DNA of 59,031 bases, counting the filler. It is 4 parts of 4 records of this genome, joined end to end, with 100 filler letters (N's around TTAATTAATTAA, not from the genome) between each part and the next. Parts side by side here need not be neighbours in the genome. Positions count along the whole stretch, not along the records: positions 7,354 to 37,453 come from SRR20825019_1125; 3 more parts are not named here. The stretch is one strand, 5' to 3'. How positions within the stretch are numbered: the first letter of the stretch is position 1; each line of letters starts with the position of its first letter. The notes beneath the pieces are model-generated. The model saw nothing but the letters and a program-made list of their open reading frames with translations, made no database searches and was not told the origin of the DNA. Shown here piece after piece: positions 20,679 through 29,447 of the stretch. Both the position numbers and the translations under genes were made by a program.

Positions 20679-21962
20679 ATGGCAGTTGGCATCATCTTCT
20701 TCGGGCTTCTCGTTCTCGGCATGCCGATCGCCTTCGCCATCGGCCTTGCCGGGCTCACCGGCTTGATCCAGCTCGACAATCCCCGCTTTCTGCTGACCGG
20801 CGTCTCGAAGCTGTTCACCGGCATGGATTCCTTCACCTTCCTCGCCATGCCGTTCTTCATCCTCGCCGGCGAGATCATGAACCATATCGGCATCACCAAC
20901 CAACTCATGCGGCTGGCGCATGTGATGGTCGGCCATTTCCGCGGCGGGCTCGCCCATGCCAACATGGTTGCCTCGGTGCTGTTTTCCGGCCTGACGGGCG
21001 CCGCCACCGCCGATGCCGCCGCCTTCGGCAAGACGCTGGTGCCGGAAATGGTGCGCAACGGCTATCGCCGCGATTATGCCGCAGCCGTAACCGCCGCCGG
21101 CTCGATCATCGGCCCGACCATCCCGCCCTCCGGCCTGATGGTGGTCTACGGATCGCTGATGGGGGTCTCGATCGGCGGGCTGTTTGCCGCCGGCATCCTG
21201 CCGGGGCTGATGATCTGCGCGGTCTGCATGGCGATCATCGCGCTCGGCGCCGCGCGCAACAACCTGCCGCAGGCCGAACGCCGCGCCACGCTGAAGGAAC
21301 TGGCAAAGGCCATATGGAGCGCCGGCCTCGCTTTGATGATGCCGGTGATCATTCTCGGTGGCATTCTGGGCGGCATCGTCACGCCGACGGAAGCGGCCTC
21401 GGTCGCTGTCGCCTATGCGCTGTTCGTCGGGCTGGTGATCTACCGCAACCTGAAGATCGCCGACCTCTACCAGATGCTGCTGACGACGGCGCGCACGACG
21501 GGAGTGATATTCGCGATCATCGCGTTCGCCTCCATGCTCGGCTGGTGGATGAGCTATGAGCGTATCCCGCAGGCGATCGCCGGCGCGGTGCTGTCGATCT
21601 CGTCGAACCCGGCCGTCATCATCTTCCTGGTGGTGCTTATCCTTCTGGCGGTCGGCATGGTGATGGATATCACCGCCATCCTGATCATCCTTGCGCCGGT
21701 GCTGGTGCCGCTCGCCAACGATATCGGGCTGCAGCCGATCCATTCGGGAATCATCTTCGTGCTGGCGCTCAACATCTCGCTGATGACGCCACCCGTCGGC
21801 GCCTGCCTGTTCGTGCTGTCGTCGGTCACCGGCGAAAAGCTCGAACGCATCGCGGCGAAGCTCTGGCCGTTCCTGATCGCGGAGATCTGCGTGCTGTTTG
21901 TCTTCGCCTACTGGGAATGGCTCGCTTTGCTCGTGCCACGCCTCCTGGGATTTGCGACCTAG
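20679..21962 (+). CDS. dctM: TRAP transporter large permease (DctM)
   Basis: LAMPFFILAGEIM, GPTIPPS, TPTEAA, MTPPVG. Confidence 0.95.
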   Translation: MAVGIIFFGLLVLGMPIAFAIGLAGLTGLIQLDNPRFLLTGVSKLFTGMDSFTFLAMPFFILAGEIMNHIGITNQLMRLAHVMVGHFRGGLAHANMVASVLFSGLTGAATADAAAFGKTLVPEMVRNGYRRDYAAAVTAAGSIIGPTIPPSGLMVVYGSLMGVSIGGLFAAGILPGLMICAVCMAIIALGAARNNLPQAERRATLKELAKAIWSAGLALMMPVIILGGILGGIVTPTEAASVAVAYALFVGLVIYRNLKIADLYQMLLTTARTTGVIFAIIAFASMLGWWMSYERIPQAIAGAVLSISSNPAVIIFLVVLILLAVGMVMDITAILIILAPVLVPLANDIGLQPIHSGIIFVLALNISLMTPPVGACLFVLSSVTGEKLERIAAKLWPFLIAEICVLFVFAYWEWLALLVPRLLGFAT

Positions 21963-22074
21963 GATATTGGCGATCTTCTTCGCATGCGAGATCCGGCGGC
22001 GATTGCCGCCGGGAGCGAAAACCTGTGTCGCGGACGCCGCGACATGAAACAAACCACAATAAAAGAGGACGAAC

Positions 22075-23121
22075 ATGAAAAAGACATTGATTGCAGCCCT
22101 GACGCTCGCGCTGCTGGGCAGCGCCCAGGCCTATGCGCAGGAAAAAATCATCCGCTTTGCCCATGACAGCAATGGCGATATCTACGACAACCCCAACCAT
22201 GCCTGCGCCTCGGTATTCGCGGCCATCGTCAACACCGGCAGCAATGGCGCGCTGAAGGTGGAAATCTATCCGGGCGGCCAGCTTGGCACCATCGGCGAGG
22301 CCGTCCAGATGGTCCGCGACGGCGTCATCGAGGTCACCAATGCCTCGACCGGCGCGCTCGCCCCCTATTATCCAAACATCGACGTTCTGAACCTGCCCTT
22401 CGCTTTTGCCAGCAACGGCGCCGCCGATACCGTGTTCAATGGTCCGTTCGGTTACGCGCTGAAGCAGGATATCGAGGACAAGCTCGGCGATGTCGTTGTG
22501 CTCGGCTACCCGGATACCGGGGGCCTGTTCGTCATCTCGAATTCCGAGAAGCCGATCTCGTCGCTTGACGACATGAAGGGCATCCGCCTGCGCACCATGA
22601 CGCTGCCGTCGCATCAGGCGATCATGAACGCACTCGGCATGGAAGCCTATCCGCTGGCATTCTCGGAAGTCTATTCCGGTCTGCAGACCGGCGTCATCGA
22701 CGGCCAGATGAACCCGATCCCGATCCTGGTCTCGGCCAAGCTCGACGAGGTGCAGCAGTATCTGACGCTGACCAACCACCTCTATTCGCCGTTCACGATG
22801 CTGTTCAACAAGGCCTTCTATGACGACCTGACGGAAGACCAGAAGGACCTGATCCACACCGCCGCGCAGTCCTGCGAGAACGCCGCGCGCGGCATCTCGC
22901 GGATCATCGAGGCCTCCGACCGCGGTCTCGCCGGGCTTTCCGGCAAGATGACGATCACCGCGCTTTCGCCCGAGGATCGCGCCCAGATGCGTGAGGTCAC
23001 CGATGTCGCCTTCGACAAGTACATGGCGGAAAACCATGGCGAGGATGCACTCGCACTGGTCGACCTGCTCAAGGAAGAAAGCCAGAAGGCCAACTCGACC
23101 CGCTATTTCGGCGAGGAATGA
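22075..23121 (+). CDS. dctP: TRAP transporter solute-binding protein (DctP)
   Basis: Signal peptide; YPGGQLG; MKGIRLR; FSEVYSGLQTGVIDGQMNP. Confidence 0.95.
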   Translation: MKKTLIAALTLALLGSAQAYAQEKIIRFAHDSNGDIYDNPNHACASVFAAIVNTGSNGALKVEIYPGGQLGTIGEAVQMVRDGVIEVTNASTGALAPYYPNIDVLNLPFAFASNGAADTVFNGPFGYALKQDIEDKLGDVVVLGYPDTGGLFVISNSEKPISSLDDMKGIRLRTMTLPSHQAIMNALGMEAYPLAFSEVYSGLQTGVIDGQMNPIPILVSAKLDEVQQYLTLTNHLYSPFTMLFNKAFYDDLTEDQKDLIHTAAQSCENAARGISRIIEASDRGLAGLSGKMTITALSPEDRAQMREVTDVAFDKYMAENHGEDALALVDLLKEESQKANSTRYFGEE

Positions 23122-23210
23122 GCCGATCCGAATGCCGGGGGAGGGTGTCTTCCCCCGGAACCGCCGGGCGGAGCCGCCCGACAACCCATCACTCAGTACA
23201 GGAATTCAAA

Positions 23211-23954
23211 ATGCGTTCGAGCCTTGGTGAAACCCGATCGAGCATCAAGCGCTCCCACGCGCTCATCTGCGTGGACAGCCACGAGATCATCAGCCTGCCG
23301 CACTGGCCGGGCACCGAAATCATCTCCTATGTGACGCCGGGCCTCGGCGCGGGGTTTTCCCTGTTCCGGATCACCGCGACGCGCGAAACCCGGATACCGC
23401 CGCCGCCGCATGACGGCATCCGCTTCATCCTGCTGCGTGCCGGCCGGGTGGACGTCCGCGACGGGGCGGAGGCCCATACCCTTGAGACGGACGAATATGC
23501 CTATCTGCCGCAGGCGAGCGGCTTCACGCTGGACATGGCGGACGGTACGGAACTCCTCTGCCTCGAACATGCCTACAAACCGTTGGCCGGTGCAAAGCCG
23601 CCCGGGCCGGTCTTCGGCTCGATAGCGTCTGTCGCTGCCGTTCCGCTGAAGGGAAACGAACAGCTTCATGTCCAGAAACTCCTGCCGGAGGAACCGGGGT
23701 TCGACATGGAGGTCAACGTGATGACCTTCGCGCCCGGCGGCTCGCTGCCCTATGTGGAAACCCATTTCATGGAGCATGGCCTGGTGATGCTCGACGGCGG
23801 CGGCATCTATCGCCTCGATGACCAGTGGTATCCGGTCGCGCGCGGCGACGCCATCTGGATGGCGCCGTTCTGCCCGCAATGGTTCGGGGCGCTCGGGCGC
23901 GGCGATGCGCGCTACCTGATCTACAAGAACTGGAATCGCGACCCGCTGGTGTGA
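23211..23954 (+). CDS. allE: (S)-ureidoglycine aminohydrolase (bicupin, AllE/YlbA-like)
   Basis: FDMEVNVMTFAPGGSLPYVETHFMEHGL..GIYRLDDQWYPV..GDAIWMAPFCPQWF..YLIYKNWNRD. Confidence 0.9.
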   Translation: MRSSLGETRSSIKRSHALICVDSHEIISLPHWPGTEIISYVTPGLGAGFSLFRITATRETRIPPPPHDGIRFILLRAGRVDVRDGAEAHTLETDEYAYLPQASGFTLDMADGTELLCLEHAYKPLAGAKPPGPVFGSIASVAAVPLKGNEQLHVQKLLPEEPGFDMEVNVMTFAPGGSLPYVETHFMEHGLVMLDGGGIYRLDDQWYPVARGDAIWMAPFCPQWFGALGRGDARYLIYKNWNRDPLV

Positions 23955-24055
23955 TCCTCCTCGCACCAGGACGGGAAATGCGGCCGGGTCGGCACTCGGT
24001 TCAAATCGGAGAAAGTATAACCCTTGTGCCCGGCAGCTGGCCCGTCCAGGCGTGG

Positions 24056-25240
24056 TCAGGGCCTCGTCATGCCAAGATGCGCGGCGCAGATGTCGGCTAT
24101 GGAGGTGAAGGGCATCAGGCCAAGGGAACATGGCGCAATGCCCGGACCGGCTACCAGCACCGGGACCCGTTCACGGGTGTGATCCGTGCCGGACCAGGTC
24201 GGGTCATTGCCGTGGTCGGCGGTTATGGCAAGCAGATCGCCTTCACTGAGCCGCTGGAGCAGCGACGGCATGCGGGCATCGAAGGCTTCGAGCGCGCGGG
24301 CATAGCCGGCCACATCCCGGCGGTGACCCCACAGACTGTCGAATTCGACGAAGTTGGCGAACACCAGATCGCCGGGGCCTGCCTTGCCCGTCCACTCCAG
24401 CAGCCCGTCGAACAGCGCCATGTCATCCGCGCCCTTGGTGACATCGTCGATGCCGCGATGCGCGAAGATATCGCCGATCTTGCCGACCGCGTGCACTTGC
24501 CCGCCGTTTTCGCGGACCCGGTCGCACAGCGTTCCATGCGGCGGAGCGATCGCGAAATCACGACGGTTCGCGGTGCGGTGGAAACTCTGCGGGCTTTCGC
24601 CCGCAAAAGGACGGGCGATCACCCGCCCGACATTCATGGGATGGAATATGTTCGCAGCGATGCGGCAGATCTCCAGCAGCCTTTCGAGACCAAATGCCTG
24701 CTCATGCGCCGCGATCTGCACGACGCTGTCGGCGGAGGTGTAGACGATCGGCCATCCTGTTTCGATGTGCTGAAGGCCGAACCGCCTGATGACTTCCGTG
24801 CCCGAGGCGTGGCCGTTGGCAAGCGTGCCGGCGATGCCGGACCGTTCGGCCAGCGCCGTCATCGCCTCCGATGGAAAGGCAGGGACGGTCCGGGGGAAAT
24901 AGTGCCAGTCCCGCTCCACGACCTTGCCTGCCAGTTCCCAATGACCGGATTGTGTGTCCTTGCCCTTCGAGCTTTCCTCGGCCGCGCCGAAACGGGCCGG
25001 TGCGTCGGCGGCAAGGCCCGGCGCGATCGCGCCTGAAGCGAGCGTGATTGCGCGCCCGAGACCGAGCGCATCGAGATGGGGAACGCGCAAGGGGCCGGCG
25101 CGCCCGCTCTCCGCCCTGCCGGCGGCGCAAGCCTCGGCGATGTGCAGGAGCGTGTTGGCGCCCTCGTCGCCGTAAAGCGCGGCGTCAGCAGCCCCACCGC
25201 AGCCGACGGAATCAAGAACGCAGAGAAACACCCTCGACAT
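24056..25240 (-). CDS. deoB: Phosphopentomutase
   Basis: LDSVGCG, GKDTQSGHWE, YTSADSV, RVIARPF, NRRD, DSLWGHRRD, TADHGNDP, TDHTRERVP. Confidence 0.95.
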   Translation of the reverse strand: MSRVFLCVLDSVGCGGAADAALYGDEGANTLLHIAEACAAGRAESGRAGPLRVPHLDALGLGRAITLASGAIAPGLAADAPARFGAAEESSKGKDTQSGHWELAGKVVERDWHYFPRTVPAFPSEAMTALAERSGIAGTLANGHASGTEVIRRFGLQHIETGWPIVYTSADSVVQIAAHEQAFGLERLLEICRIAANIFHPMNVGRVIARPFAGESPQSFHRTANRRDFAIAPPHGTLCDRVRENGGQVHAVGKIGDIFAHRGIDDVTKGADDMALFDGLLEWTGKAGPGDLVFANFVEFDSLWGHRRDVAGYARALEAFDARMPSLLQRLSEGDLLAITADHGNDPTWSGTDHTRERVPVLVAGPGIAPCSLGLMPFTSIADICAAHLGMTRP

Positions 25241-25983
25241 CAGGAAAGCTGGAAGCGTTCGAGTGCGTGGCGCCGGATGAGGTTAACGACCTCATAGAAT
25301 CCCCAGCCGATCAGCGAAAGCAGCAATACGACGCCGATCACCACCGCCGTGTCGCCGTTTTCCTGGCCGGAAGCCAGAAGATAGCCGAGCCCCTTGTTGG
25401 CGCCCATGAGTTCGCCGATGACGGCGGCCGTCATCGCCAGCGTGGTCGCAACCGCCATGCCGGCGAGAACCGACGGCAGCGAGGAGGGCAGTTCGATGCG
25501 CCAGAACATCTGCCACGGATTGAGCCGCAGCACCTTGGCGAGATCGCGATAGCTGCCTTCGCCATAGCGCAGCCCGCTCACCATGCCGGACATGACCGGG
25601 AAGAACGTGACGATCGCGACCAGCACGATTTTCGGCATGGGGCCAATGCCCAGCCACAAAAGCAGCAGCGGGGCAATGGCGATCTTGGGGGCCGTCTGCA
25701 GCAGCAGAATGGCCGGCGTGGCAAGTCGCTCGACGCGGGGCAGGCGGTCGAAGACGATTCCGGCGAGAACTCCCGCAGTGGTCCCGGCAGCAAAGCCGGC
25801 GATGATTTCCTGAAGCGTTACCCAGGTGTTTTCCATCAGGCCGGCATTCGTGAACAGAAATGCCATCCGCTCGGCAACCGCCACGGGCCCCGGCAGAAGA
25901 AACGCCGGGACGCGAAACACGTTGACGATCAGGACCCAGATAACCAGGGTTGCGATCAGGCCCGCTATGCCACGCACGAACAT
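25240..25983 (-). CDS. ABC transporter permease (SsuC/TauC-like)
   Basis: FLLPGP, QTAPKIAIAPL, TFFPV, IELPSSLP, GELMGANKGLG. Confidence 0.92.
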   Translation of the reverse strand: MFVRGIAGLIATLVIWVLIVNVFRVPAFLLPGPVAVAERMAFLFTNAGLMENTWVTLQEIIAGFAAGTTAGVLAGIVFDRLPRVERLATPAILLLQTAPKIAIAPLLLLWLGIGPMPKIVLVAIVTFFPVMSGMVSGLRYGEGSYRDLAKVLRLNPWQMFWRIELPSSLPSVLAGMAVATTLAMTAAVIGELMGANKGLGYLLASGQENGDTAVVIGVVLLLSLIGWGFYEVVNLIRRHALERFQLS

Positions 25984-25985
25984 GG

Positions 25986-26990
25986 TTACTTCCCGACCAT
26001 GGACGGATCGATGACGAAGTCCTCGGCCTTCGGCGCCTCTTCGATCACGCCATACTCGGCCAGCATATCGGCGTTCTTCTGCCAGCCGGCGAGATCGGCG
26101 GCCCCGAGGCCTTTTTCCTGCGTCAGCGGGCTCTGCCAGACGGAAGGAATGAAGGTCTGTTCGAAGGCCGTCGTCAGCGTATCCTTCTGATCCTTCGGCC
26201 ATGTCGGGGCATATTTGTCGAGCGCGATGTCCAGGGCCTCGCTGACATTGCCGTCGATCACCCACTGGTAGGATTCCGTCACGGAATCGTTGAAACGCTT
26301 TACCAGGTCGGCATTGTCGGAAAGGGTCTTCTTGCTGGTGACGACGACATTGCCGAACGAGGGCAGGAAGTCGTTTGAGAGGATCATCGTGACCTCGTCC
26401 CCGGCGGCTTCGAGACTGTATTTGCGCAATTCGGAGAAGACGATCGCATCGACCTGATCCGCCTGAAGCGCCTGGACGATCGCGCCGGTGGCGATCACCT
26501 CGACCTTGACGTCATCGAGGGTCAGGCCGGCGCTTTTCAGGCCGGCCTGAAGCTGAAGATAGTTCGGGCTTGCAAGACTGGTGACCGCGACGGTCTTGCC
26601 CTTCAGATCGGCATAGGTTTCGATGCCCGCGGACTTCTTGGCAAGCAACGCGCCGATGCCGCGCTGATAGGTGGTGTGCACGACCTCCACCGGCAGGCCG
26701 TTTGCGGCCGCGGCAACGACGGCATCGCCATTCGGGAAACCGAAATCGACATTGCCGACAGCGATGTTGGTGAGAATATCGGAGGCGCCGGCATAGATGA
26801 ACTCGACATCGATCCCGTTCTTGTCGAAGAAGCCCTTTTCGACGCCGGCATAGAGCGGCGCATAGAAAGGCACGGCGGCGCCGTCGATCTGGAACACCAC
26901 TTCGTCATTGGCAAGGGCGGTCGACGCGAGGAGTGGGAGGGCGAGCGCGCCAATGAGGATGGCGCCGGATTTCTTGAGGATGCTGGTCAT
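25986..26990 (-). CDS. ABC transporter substrate-binding protein (NMT1/THI5-like)
   Basis: Signal peptide; PFYAPLYAGVEKGFFDKNGIDVE; DLKGKTVAV. Confidence 0.88.
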   Translation of the reverse strand: MTSILKKSGAILIGALALPLLASTALANDEVVFQIDGAAVPFYAPLYAGVEKGFFDKNGIDVEFIYAGASDILTNIAVGNVDFGFPNGDAVVAAAANGLPVEVVHTTYQRGIGALLAKKSAGIETYADLKGKTVAVTSLASPNYLQLQAGLKSAGLTLDDVKVEVIATGAIVQALQADQVDAIVFSELRKYSLEAAGDEVTMILSNDFLPSFGNVVVTSKKTLSDNADLVKRFNDSVTESYQWVIDGNVSEALDIALDKYAPTWPKDQKDTLTTAFEQTFIPSVWQSPLTQEKGLGAADLAGWQKNADMLAEYGVIEEAPKAEDFVIDPSMVGK

Positions 26991-27778
26991 GAGAAGTCTG
27001 TTCCCTTCTGGTTGCTGAGTGAGAATGCCAGCCCTGCAATTCTGAGCAGATTGCGCTGGGTCGGCTCGTAATCATCAAGCCACTGGTCCGTGGCCCGATT
27101 TCCATGCACGCCAAGCAAGGCGGCGCATTTCAGGCCGACGGCAGCGCCGACCGTGAAGGTGGTTTCGCATTCCATCTCGACGCCGATCGCGCCGAGGCCT
27201 TGCAATTTTTCGATGAACCCGCCGGAGCGATGGTGGTGATCGAGGCGGAAACGCCGGTCCTGGCCGAAATAATAGCTGTCTGTGGAACCCACGATCCCGG
27301 TCCTGCACGCAAGCCCGCAGCGGCCGGCGGCTTCGCCGAGCCTTCCCACCAGCGACGCATCGGCCTCTGCCGTGCCGCCCGCCATCCGGTAGCGGGAGGC
27401 CGTGCCGGTGTCGCCGACCGCGCGCTCGACCGCGATGAAGCTGCCGACAGGATAGGCCTCGTCGAGCGCGGACATACCGCCGATGCGGATCACCTGGCGT
27501 GCGCCGAGCATGGCCAGTTCCACCAGCGCGATTTCGGTGGATGGGCCGCCGATGCCGGTCGAGCAGATGGTCACGGGCTCGCCCTGATAGCGGCCGGTGA
27601 TCACCGCATATTCGCGTTTTCGGCCGAAATCGCGGACATCGCTCAGCATGTCGGCCAGCAGGCGAACGCGGTCCGGATCTCCGGGCGTCAGAACATTCTC
27701 GGCGATGTCGCCGGGTCCGCATGGCAGATGCGGCGGACGGCCGTCCTTCCAGGGAAAGGAAGCGCTGGTTTCAGCCAT
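26987..27778 (-). CDS. Uridine-phosphorylase-like nucleoside phosphorylase with an atypical base pocket
   Basis: PHL, PGDPDRV, KREY, STGIGGPSTEIALVEL, DSYYFGQDR, EMEC; but RIGGMS replaces RIGTTG and VHGNR replaces VIVNR. Confidence 0.88.
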   Translation of the reverse strand: MAETSASFPWKDGRPPHLPCGPGDIAENVLTPGDPDRVRLLADMLSDVRDFGRKREYAVITGRYQGEPVTICSTGIGGPSTEIALVELAMLGARQVIRIGGMSALDEAYPVGSFIAVERAVGDTGTASRYRMAGGTAEADASLVGRLGEAAGRCGLACRTGIVGSTDSYYFGQDRRFRLDHHHRSGGFIEKLQGLGAIGVEMECETTFTVGAAVGLKCAALLGVHGNRATDQWLDDYEPTQRNLLRIAGLAFSLSNQKGTDFS

Positions 27779-28538
27779 TGCCTTCACCCTTCCAGGAAAG
27801 CAGGCGATGCTCGAGCGCCGTCACGATCACATGCAGCAGAAGCCCGACGGCAACCGTGAGGCCGACCATCGCAAACAGCAGGCCGGTCTTGTAGGTCGCG
27901 GTCGCAAACGTCATCAGATAGCCGAGCCCCTGCTGGCCCGACATCCATTCGGCCAGTACCGCGCCGACCAGAGCCTGGACGACCCCGATCTTCAGGCCGA
28001 CGAAGATGTCGGGGAGCGCCGCCGGCAGCTCGATCTGGCGAAAGGAGGCAAAGCGCCCAAGCCGCAGAAGGCGCGACAGATCCCTCATCTTCGGATCAAG
28101 GCCGCGAAAACCCGTCGTCGCGCCGACAAAGATCGGAAAAAACACCAGCGATACGATCAGGATGATCTTCGATGTGATGCCGGAGCCGAACCAGACGATG
28201 AAAAGCGGGGCAAGCGCGATCTTCGGCGCTGTCTGCAGGATTACCAGCGGCCCGTCGAACCAGGTCGCCAGCCGGGAAAACCGGGTCATGACATAGCCAA
28301 GCGCAAGGCCCGCGACGCTGCCGGCGACAAGGCCGATGACGATATTTTTCAAGGTGAAGCCAAGGTTGGTCCAAAGCGTGCCGTCGACTGCGATCTTCAC
28401 CAGGGCATTCCATGTGCTTGCCGGCGAAGGCATCAGATAGGGCGGCAGTTCGACGATCGCGGTCGCATACCACCACGCGCCGAGCAGCACGAGAACGGCA
28501 AGCGCGTAATCGAATGTTGCGGAGAGACGGCGTTTCAT
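27771..28538 (-). CDS. ABC transporter permease (SsuC/TauC-like)
   Basis: YLMPSP, QTAPKIALAPL, VFFPI, IELPAALP, AEWMSGQQGLG. Confidence 0.92.
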   Translation of the reverse strand: MKRRLSATFDYALAVLVLLGAWWYATAIVELPPYLMPSPASTWNALVKIAVDGTLWTNLGFTLKNIVIGLVAGSVAGLALGYVMTRFSRLATWFDGPLVILQTAPKIALAPLFIVWFGSGITSKIILIVSLVFFPIFVGATTGFRGLDPKMRDLSRLLRLGRFASFRQIELPAALPDIFVGLKIGVVQALVGAVLAEWMSGQQGLGYLMTFATATYKTGLLFAMVGLTVAVGLLLHVIVTALEHRLLSWKGEGNG

Positions 28539-29299
28539 CAGTGAACCCCGCCGCCCGCGCCCGCGGTTTTGAGATCGTGGCGGAGCTTGGCAACGAGGGC
28601 ATGATAGGCGGGATCCAGCTTGGTCGCCTCGCCCCGGGGCCGCTCGAGCGCGACATCATGGATGCATTTCAATTTGCCCGGGCGCGCCGTCATGACCAGC
28701 ACCCGGTCGGCGAGATAGGCGGCTTCATCGACGCTGTGGGTGACCAGCAGGATCGTCTTGCCGGTTTCCTGCCAGATGCGCAGCAATTCATCGTTGAGGT
28801 TGTCGCGCGTCATCAGATCGACGGCCGAAAACGGCTCGTCCATCAGCAGGATTTCGGGGTCGTCCGACAACGCACGGGCGATCGCCGCGCGCTGGCGCAT
28901 GCCGCCGGAAAGCTGGCGTGGCAGCGCTTTCTCGAATCCTGACAGGCCGACCATGGCGATCAGGTCCCTGGCCCTGGCGTTGGCGGTGGCGCGGTTCGCG
29001 CCAGCGGTATCGAGCGGGAATCGGACATTGTCGAGAATGTTCTTCCACGGCAGCAGCACCGGCTCCTGAAAGACGAAGCCCACCGGGCGCCGGCGATGCG
29101 CCGCGTTGAGTTCTATGGTGCCGCCGCTCGGATCATCGAGGCCGGAGATCAGACGCAGCAGCGTCGACTTGCCGCAACCGGACGGCCCGACGATCGAGAT
29201 GAACTCGCCGTCCTTGATATCGACGCTCAGCGGCTCAAGGGCAGTCACCGTGCCGTGGCTTGCCTCGAAGGTTTTATGGACGCCCCTGATCTCAATCAT
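28538..29299 (-). CDS. ABC transporter ATP-binding protein (TauB/SsuB-like)
   Basis: GPSGCGKST, VFQEPVLLPW, LSGGMRQR, MDEPFSA, VTHS. Confidence 0.95.
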   Translation of the reverse strand: MIEIRGVHKTFEASHGTVTALEPLSVDIKDGEFISIVGPSGCGKSTLLRLISGLDDPSGGTIELNAAHRRRPVGFVFQEPVLLPWKNILDNVRFPLDTAGANRATANARARDLIAMVGLSGFEKALPRQLSGGMRQRAAIARALSDDPEILLMDEPFSAVDLMTRDNLNDELLRIWQETGKTILLVTHSVDEAAYLADRVLVMTARPGKLKCIHDVALERPRGEATKLDPAYHALVAKLRHDLKTAGAGGGVH

Positions 29300-29368
29300 T
29301 GTGCATATGTCTTTCGATGTCGGGAAGGCTCATGGAACGCCTCTCTTCATGTTATATGTGGTAGAATT

Positions 29369-29384
29369 GTCTCATTATTGAGAC
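29369..29384. promoter_or_regulatory. Putative XRE-regulator operator 1 (GTCTCA-TTAT-TGAGAC) upstream of the ABC-phosphorylase-deoB operon
   Basis: Perfect 6-4-6 palindrome; same core as the sites at 33105 and 36135. Confidence 0.7.
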
Positions 29385-29447
29385 TTCACGGGTCATCTTG
29401 ACCATACCCTGCCGATGCAGGGCAGTCGTTTCGAACGGCGTCGAAAA

